Part shown: positions 22,491 to 34,453 of the stretch, one piece after another | How the letters are laid out: each line of letters opens with the position of its first letter | How positions within the stretch are numbered: the stretch's first letter is position 1 | Origin: Hydrolagus colliei | Taxonomy: Eukaryota | Direction of reading: 5' to 3' | Assembly (NCBI GenBank): GCA_035084275.1 | Contig: CM068771.1 | Span: 3,038,001-3,102,000 of the forward strand | Length of the DNA stretch: 64,000 nucleotides | The notes under the pieces: model-generated | What the model saw: only the letters and a program-made list of their open reading frames with translations | What the model was told of the DNA's origin: nothing | Database searches by the model: none | Position numbers and translations under genes: made by a program

Positions 22491-23577
22491 GCTCTCGCTG
22501 AGATCGTTTCTGTTTCTGCCATGTCACCCCCGCCCCCCTCCCCAAACTCTCACACACGCCCACTGTCCCATCACATCCTCAAAATTTTCGAGAAACATTT
22601 TTTCTCCAGAAGTCTTTAAAAGCGTTTCTCAAATCACCACCCACGATTGTAGTAATACGCTTTTGAAGCGAATTGACTAGATTTTCCCAGAGAAAATCAA
22701 CTCCACAGTACATTATGTGAAGGATTTTCTGTGAAACGCTTTGAGATGTGAGGAGTTATATCAAACGCAGTGATTATTATTATTAAGTTTTGCTGCTGCT
22801 GGGGATTTTATTATTTTTTCGGGGTGTTGTGGGGGGGCGGAATGGGTACTGGAGGAATCTGAATTCAGAGCCAAATGCTTCAGAAAAGCCAAATTCGAAG
22901 ATAGTGCGATACAAGTCTCAGTAAAGTTGCGCGTGTGTGTTTATACACAAATGTACCACTTAAATGAATGTCAAGTTTTAACGTGAGTGGGGGAAGCGAA
23001 GCGAACGAGAGCCACTGATCTCTCAGTCACCTTGTGGAACGCTGAGGCGTATTTGATTGGTGCGTTCACCTCGCAAGCGAGAGAACCCGGGTTCGATTCC
23101 CGGCCGGGCCCCACACGCCACCGTTTGCCCAGCAGTCAGTCTTAACCCGGTTGTCACGTTGATTTGTGGATCGCTTTCCGGGCTTATTAACTCACTTTAA
23201 ATGAATAATTTGGTCACTCGCTCAATCCTGGACTGTGTTAACAGAGAGAGGGAACAAAAAACGTGTATTATTAGCAGTTCAATCCACGGCTGTTTGTGGG
23301 GACGCTGCTGTGCGTAAATTGGCTGTCGTGTTTCGCCCACAAAATATACAGTCACTTTACAGTACACTACAGGTAGATCTCGCTTAGCGTTGTCATTTGG
23401 TTCTTGAAAAATGTGACTTTTGAGCGAAACGACGTTAAGCGAATACATTTTTTGCATAATTTTTCTCGTAATGTAAAGTAAACGTACAAACCGGAGTTGG
23501 GTTCTTTTGGACATTTTTTCTTTTTTAAAAAAAATTATTTTCAAAAACAATGTAATACTGACTACCTGCCCGGCTAC

Positions 23578-23995
23578 TGGTCTCTCTCTGGCTCTCTCTC
23601 TGGCTTTCTCTCTGGCTCTCTCTGGCTTTCTCTCTGGCTCTCTCTCGCTCGCTCTCTCTGGCTCTCTCTCTGGCTCTCGCTCTCTCTCTCTGGCTCTCGC
23701 TCTCTCTCTGGCTCTCTCTCGCTCTCTCTGGCTCTCTCTCTGGCTCTCGCTCTCTCTCTGTCTCTCTCTCTCTCTCTGGCTCTCTCTCGCGCTCTCTCTG
23801 GCTCTCTCTCTGGCTCTCTCTCGCTCTCTCTCTGGCTCTCTCTCTGGCTCTCTCTCTGGCTCTCTCCCTGGCTTTCTCTCTGGCTCTCTCTTTGGCTCTT
23901 TCTGGCTCTCTCTCTCTGGCTCTCTCTCTGGCTCTCTCCCTGGGTCTCTCTTTGGCTCTCTCTCGCTCTCTCTCTGGCTCTCTCTCTGGCTCACT
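23578..23995. repeat. (CTCTCTCTGG)n-type minisatellite
   Basis: About 420 bp of tandem 10-12-nt CT-rich units. Confidence 0.95.
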
Positions 23996-24849
23996 CCCGA
24001 GCGCCATCGTGCCCCCTTTCCACCCGCTGGCAAATGACACAATAGCGACCGTCGCCACGTTAAATGGACATACGTTCCCAACGTATCAGCAACGTAATAA
24101 CGAAACAACGTCAACCTGTGACGGGCTTTGAGGCGTCTTAGAAGGCGCTACATCAAATGCAAGGATTAATATCATTTATTATCATTAAAGGAATGAATGT
24201 TCCTGTGCGTTGTTTATTGTTCGAGAGCAAACGACTGAGGGTCAGTCCCACATCTCCTCGCCCCAGCGAGCTGTCCCGTAAATCAACCAATGTACCTTCT
24301 TACAAGTTAATAGATTCCTTACTCCCGCAAGGATAGACCGAATAGGCCGCGTTTTGTTTGAGAGGAGGCGTTTGATGGGACCCTAATAATGTTTAAAATA
24401 ACGTTTCCGGACTCCCCATGTCTCCCCCTCCCTCCCCCCCTCTGCCCCCCCCCCCCCCCCCCACACCGTGGAACTCCATCCCGCAGTCCCTTCTCGCTTC
24501 CTCCCTTTCCTCCTTCGAGGTCGGCATCGAGACCTTCCTGTTCGACCATGCCTTCTGCTGCCCTCCTAACTCTTCCCCCTTCCCTAGGCCCCCACCCCCT
24601 TACCGTGATCGCCACCCCCCCAAACCGCCCCTACCCCCCCCCCCACCCCCACCCCCGAATCTGATCCCCACCTGACTTCAGTGCCTTGACACGTCCTCCC
24701 GACATGAAAGGTGCTCTCAATGTAATTTTGTTGTAAAAGTTGTCCATAAATAGGATATTCTCACTGGTCGGGGATTGCGTAACCGGGACATGTGCATATA
24801 TATATACATATATAGTATTGTCAGCTGTGTGTCTGACATATCTGGAGCT

Positions 24850-25185
24850 ACTGGAGCTCAGTGATTAGAGCCACTCGTCTTACAAGCGTGAGACCTGTGT
24901 TCGAACCCAGGCAGGTCAGGGCGAAACCTTGGGCAAGTTTCCTTACGCCCCACACTTACACACTCACACACGCCTGATAATAATCCCTCCAAAAAAAAAC
25001 ACAATAATAAAATTGGGTCATTTTCAACCCACGGCTGTTTGTGGGGGGACGCTGCTGCGCGCAATCGGCTGCCGCGTTTCGCCCACAAAATATACAGTCA
25101 CTTCACTTTACAGTATATTGTGTGACGCGCTTTGAAACGTCGATAAGCTGTGAAAAGCGCTAGATCAGAATGCTAGGATAATAAA
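24850..25185 (+). mobile_element. Dominant SINE, full-length young copy
   Basis: Head, core and tail all present; further copy at 25710-26000. Confidence 0.85.
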
Positions 25186-26182
25186 GTCACTGTAGCAGTT
25201 TAGAAGTATTTTTCCACACAGACCGAGCGGCCTGGGCGAATAAACATGAAATCATTTGAATTGTATTGAATGATTGATGTTTCAATTCATCAAACGAGAT
25301 ATTGAAATTAGTCTATCGTCAATTGTATGGAACACGGGTGGGGTGGGGGGTGTGGAGGGAGGGAGGGAGGCACGGAATGCAATGATTCAGTAGCATTAAC
25401 GAGAAGGAAAGGTGAATTTTCTACCAGACGTATTGTTTATTACTGTCTGTTGATATTATACTGTTGTATCAGAAATAATGAGGCAAAGTTTCACCACCAC
25501 CTGTTGGTGACGCGTGGTCACTGCAGGATTTTCAAATATGTTTCACTGACTGGATTTCACCCGTTGCATCTACAGTAATTGTCAGCCGAGGGAGAGCTGG
25601 GAAATGGTAATACATTGTTGACGCGGGGGTTTGAAGCAATATGTTTCATTCCTGGACCATCGTCACACATCTCCATCGCACCAGCTTTTGTGTTTCTTCC
25701 AGAGTCCCACAGCCCGGCGGTCAGAGCCCTCGCCTTGTAAGCGAGAGATGTGGGTGTGATTACTCCGCACACCCGATAATAATCCCTCAAAAAACAAGAA
25801 CAATAATAAATCAGTCGCTACAATCCACGACTGTTTGTGGGGGGGGGGCGACGGGGTGGCTAACGGGACGCTGCTGCGCGCAATCGGCTGCCGTGTTTGG
25901 TCCACAAATATACAGTCACTTTACAGTATATTCTGTGAAACGCTTTGAGACGCCGATAAGATGTGAAAAGCGCTATATCAAATGCAAGGATTATTATTAG
26001 AATAGTCTCAGCGGCGACAAAAGCAAAATCCTTTTATTTCCGTTTATTTTTCATCAGTAAGGCATGTACACGATATACACAGCTTAATCATATAATCATA
26101 CCAGTGATCATCAGTCAACATTGACTGAAATTTTGATCTGGTGTGCTTCATTCTCGAAAATGTCTGCTCACTGACGTGGGTA

Positions 26183-26260
26183 CAGTAAAAGCCAGTTTAT
26201 CCGGCAACCTCGGGACCTGACTAATGCCGGTTAAACCGCATGCCGGATATTCAGGTGGCC
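26183..26260. mobile_element. Possible Tc1/mariner-pogo-type terminal fragment
   Basis: TA|CAGTAAAAGCCAGTTTATCCGG resembles a Tigger-like end; no partner TIR found. Confidence 0.3.
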
Positions 26261-26639
26261 AGCTGTCGAAAACCCAACGCAAAAAAAAATTACTTTAAAA
26301 AAAATGAAATTTACGTTTTTTTAAACATACTGTTAGAGTCCACCTTGATACCGAATTAACATGAGGTATCAATACCACATTAAAAATAGACTGAATAATA
26401 ACAGAATATTGTATGGATGCTTACCAATAAAGCAATAATTATCGATTACAGTCTATAAACACAGCACAGAATCACAAAGGAAACTTCTACAGTGGCGGAT
26501 GGAAGTTTTTTTCTCCTGTCCCCTTCCCAACCTTTTGGCTGAGATCAAGTGTAGTATCGTCCTCGTGTATCGGATTTCCTGTTAAACGCTCTGATGTCAG
26601 GTTGTGTCAGTGTAGGATTGTTCTCTCTCTCTGCCTCAC

Positions 26640-26880
26640 CTGGTGAGATGCATTTAGGGCACAGATCTGCAGAGACTGGCTTACTGACTGCCTGGCTGAC
26701 CAGATTGCGAACTACACATCTCTCTCTCCTGTGCCGTGACTTTGGTCGGAAGTAATGTGGTTCCATTGTAGATGACTGAGATACCAACAGAGGCGGAGAC
26801 TTTCTCCCAGTGAAACAAATTAGGCCGGGAGCATCTCATAGAAAAGACATTGATGTATAAAAAAAACTAGTCCTGCATTT
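26640..26880 (-). pseudogene. Disrupted Ig C2-type exon of the CD2/SLAM/HEPACAM-like gene
   Basis: NVFSMRCS..FHWEK..YNGTTLLPTKVTAQ, then a frameshift in a (GA)n run into RCVVRNLVSQAVSKPVSADLC; intact G|GTGAGG donor at 26639; 5' part contains stops and has no clear acceptor. Confidence 0.7.
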
Positions 26881-26961
26881 AATACAGAGCCTGATGACAT
26901 CAAAACATGTCAGTCATACAGATCATCAAAACATCTCAAAGTAAAGTAATTTTGTCTGAAG

Positions 26962-27255
26962 TAGTGGTTCCCAACCTCTTGTCCCGACCCAAATCAGGGT
27001 CATGGTGGTCCTCTGTAGGGTCACGAAGGTTCATCCGAATGATTATTTTTTCTTTGTTAACGCTGAAAAGTGCCCCAGGCGACACCGCCCACCAATTTGT
27101 ATGAAAGACCGTACTAGTGAGTTGCGCTGAGTCCACAGAAGAGAAGGAGATCTTGGCCGAGCTTCGCTTCAGTCGCGCAGTCGTCCCCTAAGGGTCGGGA
27201 GGACCTGTAGGTGTGCCAATTGAGGGTCGCAGCAAAAAAAGGTTGGGAATCACTA
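26962..27255. mobile_element. hAT (Charlie-type) MITE, copy 2, in the V-C2 intron
   Basis: TIRs TAGTGGTTCCCAA...TTGGGAATCACTA; TSD GTCTGAAG/GTCTAGAG (NTCTAGAN-like). Confidence 0.85.
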
Positions 27256-27396
27256 GTCTAGAGGGTTGCTTTCCTAGATACTCAGAGAGAGAAATTGCTT
27301 GAGAGTACTTGAGCAGAGTGCCAATGTACGGCTTGAACCGACAACGCTCTGCCTCAGTGACAAGAGGGAGCGTATCCCAGCCAAGCCAGTACTCAC

Positions 27397-27768
27397 CAAA
27401 CACCTTCAGATGAAATATAAGCTGGTCTCTCTGCCGCAGAAACTCTCCCAGGTAGTCTGTTGTGATCTGATACTTTCCACTGTCTGCCATCTGTACACCT
27501 TTAAGTAGCAAAATGCCATTGACCGTGAGCTGAATCCGGCCTCTATAGAGAGGGTGGACAATGTGGGCATTTTCTATAGAGAAGGGACGATCAGAATTCC
27601 AGCCGAGGATTTTAATGAAATAGGGCGATTCCCGGTGAACTGTCACTTCGTATTTCACGTTGTGGCCGTGAATTACGGGGAACTTGACATCTTCCCCAAC
27701 ACAGAGATTGGTGACAGTGTCCGGAGTCGCACACACAGCCGGGCGGCACGGTCTGACACAGAGCAGGA
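27397..27768 (-). CDS. Ig V-type domain exon lacking the canonical B/F cysteines (CD2/SLAM/HEPACAM/CEACAM N-domain type)
   Basis: Open 372-nt phase 1-1 exon with CTCTTTCAG acceptor and G|GTGAGT donor; motifs YRGRI, NGILLLKGVQMADSGKYQI. Confidence 0.85.
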
Positions 27769-27946
27769 CTGAAAGAGGAGAAACACAGCAAAACATTACA
27801 AACCACAAGACGACTAAGAGATGCTGAGGTGGGACATGTTATCAAATGATTGGCCAGAAATATACAGTAGCCAGTAGCAGATCTGAAAGGTGTCTTTACA
27901 CAGATGGTGTGAAACCCACTTACTAAAACAAAATGGTGATTATTAC

Positions 27947-27986
27947 CCGCAAAAATTCTGAAGATAGTGTCCATGTCTGGCACCAT
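27947..27986 (-). CDS. Leader exon of the Ig V/C2 gene
   Basis: (MVPD)MDTIFRIFA then G|GTAATA; splices in phase to give MDTIFRIFAVLLCVRPCRPAVCA, a plausible signal peptide; both ATGs have good Kozak contexts. Confidence 0.7.
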
Positions 27987-28069
27987 CTCATGTTTGATAA
28001 CTTCACAGTTGTTTGTGCGCAAATTGACTGTGACATTCGCCTGCATTCTGAAAGTGAGTCCTGGGGATT

Positions 28070-28290
28070 GAAGTGGGGAAAGTGGAGCAGGTTTCAGTAA
28101 GAGAGTGTCTGGATAATAGTGATCACATTACCATTAGATTCATTCAGAGTATGTATGGAAAGGGAGAAGGAACAATTAAAATTGAGGAAACTCAACTGGA
28201 AGCGGCTGATTTCAGTGAGGGCTAATTTCAGTGAGTTGAAAAGGAATCTGGCCCAGGTGGATTAGAAAAAAACATTGACGTGTAAAATAG
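28070..28290 (+). mobile_element. CR1 ORF2 internal fragment
   Basis: DNSDHITIRF...KLNW..ANFSELKRNLAQVD-like remnant. Confidence 0.65.
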
Positions 28291-31200
28291 TAACATTAAC
28301 AACAAAATTACATTTAAGTTGCGTCTTTCATGTTCGGAGGACATCCCAAAATGCTGAAAAAGTCATTATTTCGGTTGGGGTCGGAATCGGGGGAGGTTGG
28401 GTGACCGACCGATGGGTCAATTAAAATTGAGGAATGCTGAAGAGGAGGGTTTTGAGGTGGGACATGAAGGAGGCTAGCGAGAGGGTGAGCGGGAAGGATT
28501 GCAAGATGGAATTCAAAAGTTTAGGGGCAGAGAGCCTGAAGGTTCGCCCGCCGTTAGTGGGTCAGGCGGGGTGGGTGGGTGGGTGGGTGGGGGGACATGG
28601 AGCAAGCCGGAGTCCACTGAATGGAGTGAATGAGCAGGTTGTTATAGTGTTAGGATTTGCAGAGGTAGGGTGGAACAAGGCCACAGATGGTTTAATTCAA
28701 TATAACCTTTGAATGTATCCTTTGGGTTAGGGTTAGGTCTAATGGTTGTCATACGCATTATGGGTAATGAAGCCTTGGTCAAGCCACATAACCCAGGGTC
28801 AAGTCGAGTCAGCAGATCTCAGCTGACCAGTTCAGCACGATATCAGGAGAGCAGGACAACGAACAGAGAGAAATAACCAAATAATAGAGAGAAATATATT
28901 CCGCGTTGAAAGACTGAAATTTACAGATTTCTTATGGATACAGAGATTAAGTGATATGGGGATAAAGCGGGGGCAGGTGGAGTTAGATTAGAAGATCAGC
29001 CATAATCTTATTGAATGGCGTGGCAGGCTCAAGGGGCCGAATGGCCTACCCCTGCTCTTTATTCTTATGTTCTTATGTAAAATAAATCTGGCTAAAATAC
29101 AAAAGTAACAGGTTGAATTTGATGAGAAGTATCAGGCAGCACAGACAGGGTTTGAAGACAGAATACAGATAATGTTGGGTAAGTTTCTAGATGCAGAAAG
29201 GAGTAAGGAACAATTCTATCAACAGTTGCTACCAGGAAAAGAGGATATGATAGGTTATATGGATGCCCGTATTACAGAATTATGTAGCACAGTGAACCTC
29301 AACAGTGTGTGGTAACGATGGCTAAACAACAGGGGAGCGAGTTCGTTGCCAAAGCTCAGCGATATGAGGAATTGGAAAACATTGCAGTCTTGCTAAAATA
29401 CAAGCTGGAGGATGCACAGGCTGCACACCGAAATAGACATGAATAGAGAATTCCCATTTGGAGATCACAAACAGTGCCAGAAAATAATAATAATGCTTGC
29501 GTTCGATACAGCGCTTGTCACATCTTATTGACGACTCCATGCACTTCACAGAATACACTGCGAAGTGAATTGACTGTATATAAGGCTGTGAGACCACTTG
29601 CCTTATAAGCGTGAGAACTGCTTTTGAATCCAGGCAGATCAGGGCAAAACCTAGGGCAAGTTTCCTACTCCACACGCTTACAGTACATTCTGCGAAGTGC
29701 TTTGAGGCTTGCTGTTGGGTTGACGGACATGGAGCAGGCCATATGCTGTGGGAGCTGTGGGAGTGGACAGTTTGGCAAAGAGTTATGAATCATTCCAGGG
29801 GATGGAGAGGAAAGGGAGTTTGGAGATGGTGTGGTAGATGGAGAATAGGGATGGGTCCCAGGAAAGCTGTATCAGAATGGTGAAGACAACTGTAGTTAAG
29901 TGGCTGGGAACAGCGCCAGTGGATAATGAGAGTTTGATGTAAATTGGGAGAGAAGTCAGGAGATGGAGCTGGGAGGTGAGGAGGCAGTTGATGACGAGGT
30001 GGTGAGGCAGTTGACGGAGCAGTGAAAGGTTACATTTTGGTGAAAAGAGAGGTGAGAGAGGAAGGCAAGTTACAAGCGATGAGACAGTAGTGGTGGACGG
30101 GGTAGAAGTCGCTTAACGGATACACTCGATTTGGGATTTGTGGATGTTCAGCAGCTCCTCACAAGTGGAATTGGAGAAGAGGCATGGGAAGGTTGATGAA
30201 GGTGCCGATCCTTGGCCTCCAAGATTATCTTAGAGTAGATGAATAATTTGGCAGAGGGTAGGCAGAGCAGCCTTGGTGTGATTAAGCCAAATCGTCCGAT
30301 GGACTCCTGATTTGGATGGGGGTTTGGCAGCTCACAGTTGAGAGATCAGAGAAGGCTGGGGTACCAATGGGATTTATGGTATATGAAGTAGTTGATAGGT
30401 AAGAGGGGCCAGGCAGATGTGGTTGGAGGAGATAATTGGTTTGGTCTCTAAGGGCCAGATGGGCAGGACTTCAGATGACTCCAGGGCAGTGGAATGAGGA
30501 AGAGAGATTTTCCAAACTAGAGATTCAAGCACACAGAATTTTTTGAAGGTGGCAGGATAGGTTGACAAAGCTGTACAAGAAACACATGGGATTCTTGGCT
30601 TTGCAAATATAGGGAAAGCGTATAAAAGCATGGAGGTTATGTTGAATCTTTAGAAATCATTGGTTAGTCCTGAGCGGGAGAATTGTGTCCAATGCTATGG
30701 CTTGGAAAACCTGTTTCCTATGATGTGTTCGTTGATACCAGGGGACATAGTTTCTTCCTATTTACTTCATCAAACCCTGTGCGGGTGGGATACATCAACT
30801 AAATTAGGCCTTAAATTTCTCTGATCTAAGGAAAACAATCCCAGACTCTCTTGTCTCTCCACACAATCTAAATATCTTATCGCTAGATTCATTCAGGTGA
30901 ATATTCTTTTCGAACATCTTTCCTAAATTGGCAAAATAATCAGAAGACAGACAAGAGGAATTTGTTAAGCCCAGAGATTTGATATGATCTAATATTCACT
31001 GTCTGACAGTGTGCTGGAAGCAGATTGGATAGTAGCGAACAAAAGAAATAACATAATGACTTGAAAATAAAATATATGCACGGCTATAGGACAAGTTCTG
31101 GACTTCTTTCAAAGAGCAAGCATGTACATGATGGGCCAAATGTCTTTCTGTTGTACTGCAACATTCTAGAAAAGGTACGAAACATGACTAATCAGTTTTG

Positions 31201-32464
31201 AAGTCTCTTCTCCCAAATCAGGTTCCCAAAGCCGGCTATAATTTAAATTATCTTTCGACTTTTGTTCAGCTGGGACTATCACACCAGTCAAGGCTTTGGC
31301 TTTCAGAGTTCACTGGAGATAATTGGAACAAATAATCCTCTCATTAGTGTCCCTTGCAGCCCTGAAAATGAGCCAAGCTGGCTGTCCTGTCACCTGCATT
31401 GCCCAACAAGACTGAGGGACCCACTTGGCTCAGTACTGAAGGGCTGTGATATTAAGGAGGTAGAGTATTAATTGTTTATTTAATCCACACATCAATCAAA
31501 AACCTACATCAGTTCTCTTTCAAATATTAAAAATCTCATAGCATTGAATGTTTCTCTGTTTGATGTCCAGATGCTTCCTCTTGACATTGTCATCTGCAGA
31601 CATGAGGTTAACATTCACATGTATGTGGATGATACCGTGCTGTGAATCCATGTCTGCTGATGTTCTTTCAGCTTCTTTGACAAAGTTTATGCAGCTGAAT
31701 GTCAGACACCATACTACTTGGCTACATGCAATATTTTCTTTCCTGTGGGTCTGAAAACCTCAACCTCTCTGGGCTCCCCCTCAGAATCACCAAACTCAGT
31801 TTCGAAGACCAGCTTTCCTTTCTACTCCACATGAATTCACTGAACAAGCCCACTCATTCCACCGACATCGCATTGCCCACCCCCATGCCTGCCTCACACC
31901 CATAGCAGTCAAAACCCTCATCAATGCGTTTGTCACATTTCAGCTGAACTATTCACCTGCCCTCCTCGCTGGACTCCCCAGCTCCATCGTTTCTCACCTC
32001 GTACTGACTCGGTGTCTGACTGTCAAAAGCCACACGATGCTGCACTAGGTGAAGGACACTGCATGAATGCGTATTTTGTTGTTGCTGTTGGTTTGTCAGT
32101 ATGTTTTGAGAACTTAGCATCTGTATTCCTTGGCTGCAATAAACACCTTCTCCCCTTATGCACTGACCGACTCAACCTATGCAGAGTAAGTCCATTTATG
32201 TATAATATTTGTGTTTAACTGTTTGAAGATCTGGCTTTTTCACAATCTCTTCCACAAATCATCTTTTCCCACATAATCCAAACTGATTACACAGAGGTAA
32301 GAGGAATCCAATAAAGACAGACAGAGGTAACAGAATACAAGGAATGCAAATACTATAAACTATATTAGAGCCATCAAGTTGGTTTTCACAATTGAGATTC
32401 CAAACACAGATTGAAGAGAAGTATTGACTACAGAACGACCTTTCCACAAAGATGCCATATGTAA

Positions 32465-33455
32465 TGCCAGGATTGAGGGACATCAATGAACTGGACTTGG
32501 GTGTACGGAGTACAGTTTCCAAGTTTGCAGATGACACTAAGTTAGGAAGAATAGTAAATAGTGAGCAGGATAGTATCCATCTGCAACAGGATATAGACAA
32601 ATTGGTAAAGTGAGGCAGACACATGGCAGATGAAGTTTAATGCAGAGAAGTGTGAGGTGATGCATTTTGGGAGAAGAAATGAAGGGAGGCAATATAGGCT
32701 AGATAGTACAATTTTAAATGGTGTGAAGGAACAGAGAGTCCTGGGGATTTGTGTTTGTGACTCGTTGAAGGTGGCAGGAAGGTAGACACGGCTTTCAAGA
32801 AGGCATATGGGATACTAGGCTTTATAAATAGGGGTATAGAGTACAAAAGTCAGGAAGTGCTGACTAACCTCTATAAGACTTTGGTGAGGCCTCAGCTGGA
32901 ATACTGTGTTCAATTCTGGTCACCACACTACAGAAAGGATGTGAAGACATTGGAAAGGGTATAAAGAAGATTTACTAGGATGGTGCCAGGATTGAGGGAC
33001 TTCAGCTACGAGGAGAGGCTAGATAGGCTAGGGTTATTCTCTCTGGAGCAGAGAAGATTGAGGGGAGACCTAATAGAGGTTTATAAGATCATGAGGGGTT
33101 TCGACAGGGCAAATAGAGAAAAACAATTTCCACTCGTGGGCGAATCTGTGACTCATGGTCACAGATTTAAAATAGTTTCAAGGCGAAGTAGAGGGGAGCT
33201 GAGGAGAAATGTTTTCGCTCAGCGAGTTGTTCGAATCTGCAATGCAGTGCCTGAAAAGGTGGTGGAAGCTGATTCGATAACAACTTTTAAAAGGGAATTA
33301 GATCTTTTTTTAGGGAGAACAGGTCTATTAGGCTATGGGGAGCAGGCAGGGCAGTGGGATTGAATCGCTGTTTTCAAAGAGCCGGCACAGACTAGATGGG
33401 CCGAATGGCCTCCTTTTGTGCCGTAAAATTCTATGAATCTATGAATCTATGAATC
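32465..33455 (+). mobile_element. Young CR1 3' segment inserted in the 3' UTR of GPCR1
   Basis: SKFADDTKLG...LEYCVQFWSPHYRKDV...MVPGLRDFSYEERLDRLGLFSLEQRRLRGDL; (ATCTATGA)n tail; the flanks join seamlessly in the GPCR3 UTR (57500-57545). Confidence 0.92.
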
Positions 33456-33548
33456 TTCTTCTATGTATGCGTGTCCGTGTCTTTGTGTGTGTGCGCAAAT
33501 GTGTGTATGTATGTTTCTGTGTTGACCAGTCAGAAATGACCAGCAAAT

Positions 33549-34453
33549 CTAAGTGGGGTTATGCGAATGGACCAGAGAGCGAGTGATGGGGTAAGTGAAG
33601 ATGGATATGAGCTGTTGCCTGAATTTGGTCTGGGTCACACCATAGATGAAGGTGTTGGAGCAGGAGCTCAGACGCTGCAGCATGTAACCCACCTGCTCAG
33701 CGATGGTGAATGGGCTGCTGTAGTCAGACTCTAGGTGCTTTGACTCTGTGACCATCGCAAACATGAATGTGACCGTGTAGGTGAGCCACAGCAACACAAA
33801 GCTGCCCGAAATAGTAAACAGCAGGATTATGGATTTCCGCCGACTCTCCATCTCCTCGTCCCTCCCCTTCGCAGCCCCCCGCAGACCCTGGCGTACCCTG
33901 CTGGCCACCAGCACATGCCTGATGGTCAGGGTGTTGAACAGGAGGATGAGGATGAATGGAAGCAGTGGGTTTACAATAACATCCAACCAGGCAAAAGTTC
34001 TCCAGGCAAGAGAGATGTAAACAATAGGTTTGATGGTGCAGTACCAGGGCTGTCCATCGATTACCAGCCGTGGTTCATAGATAAAATACAGGGGGATGTT
34101 CTCCAAGCACAAACCTGCACAGATTGTCCAGATCACCAGGCCCGCTGTCCTCTCAGTGCAGTACGTGGTTTTGAGGTTTGAGCAGCAGATGGCAATGAAA
34201 CGGTCGAAGGTGAAGGCCATGGTCAGCCATACAGAGGTTTCGGAGATAATATTGCAAATCGCTAGGTGCAGGCGGCAAACGGGTGTTTGGTGTATTGGTG
34301 AGTGTGGAAAGCAGAAGAAAAGTGTCATCAACAGGATCACATCAAAAATCATGACCAGCAGATCAGCAACAGCCATTGCGACCAGGTAGCGGGTGACACA
34401 TTTGGAGAGTCCACAGTTTCCCTGGGCCAGGACCACAATGGTCAGTGAGATCA
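33549..34453 (-). CDS. Orphan class A GPCR (GPR139/GPR142-like, chondrichthyan-type) GPCR1, exon 2
   Basis: Intact ORF with TM1 end to TM7; motifs GLSKCVTRYLVAMAVADLL, FTFDRFIAICC, NTFIY; TTTTCCTGCAG acceptor, phase 1. Confidence 0.92.

Larger units (their letters stand above)
23535..32190. other. Segmental duplication source block A (its copy, block B, is 38440-43354 with internal deletions)
   Basis: 23535-24350 matches 38440-38945 and 28638-32189 matches 38975-43354 at roughly 95% identity by eye. Confidence 0.9.

Noticed and set aside
23055-23120. tRNA gene (B box GGTTCGATTCC with a T-arm-like hairpin)
   Set aside because: The A box and acceptor stem are not intact and it continues into SINE core sequence; a related head occurs at 13715-13780, so it is a SINE head.
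23197-24114. 305-aa Glu/Arg-rich ORF and its antisense Ser/Leu-rich ORFs
   Set aside because: They are products of the CT-rich minisatellite.
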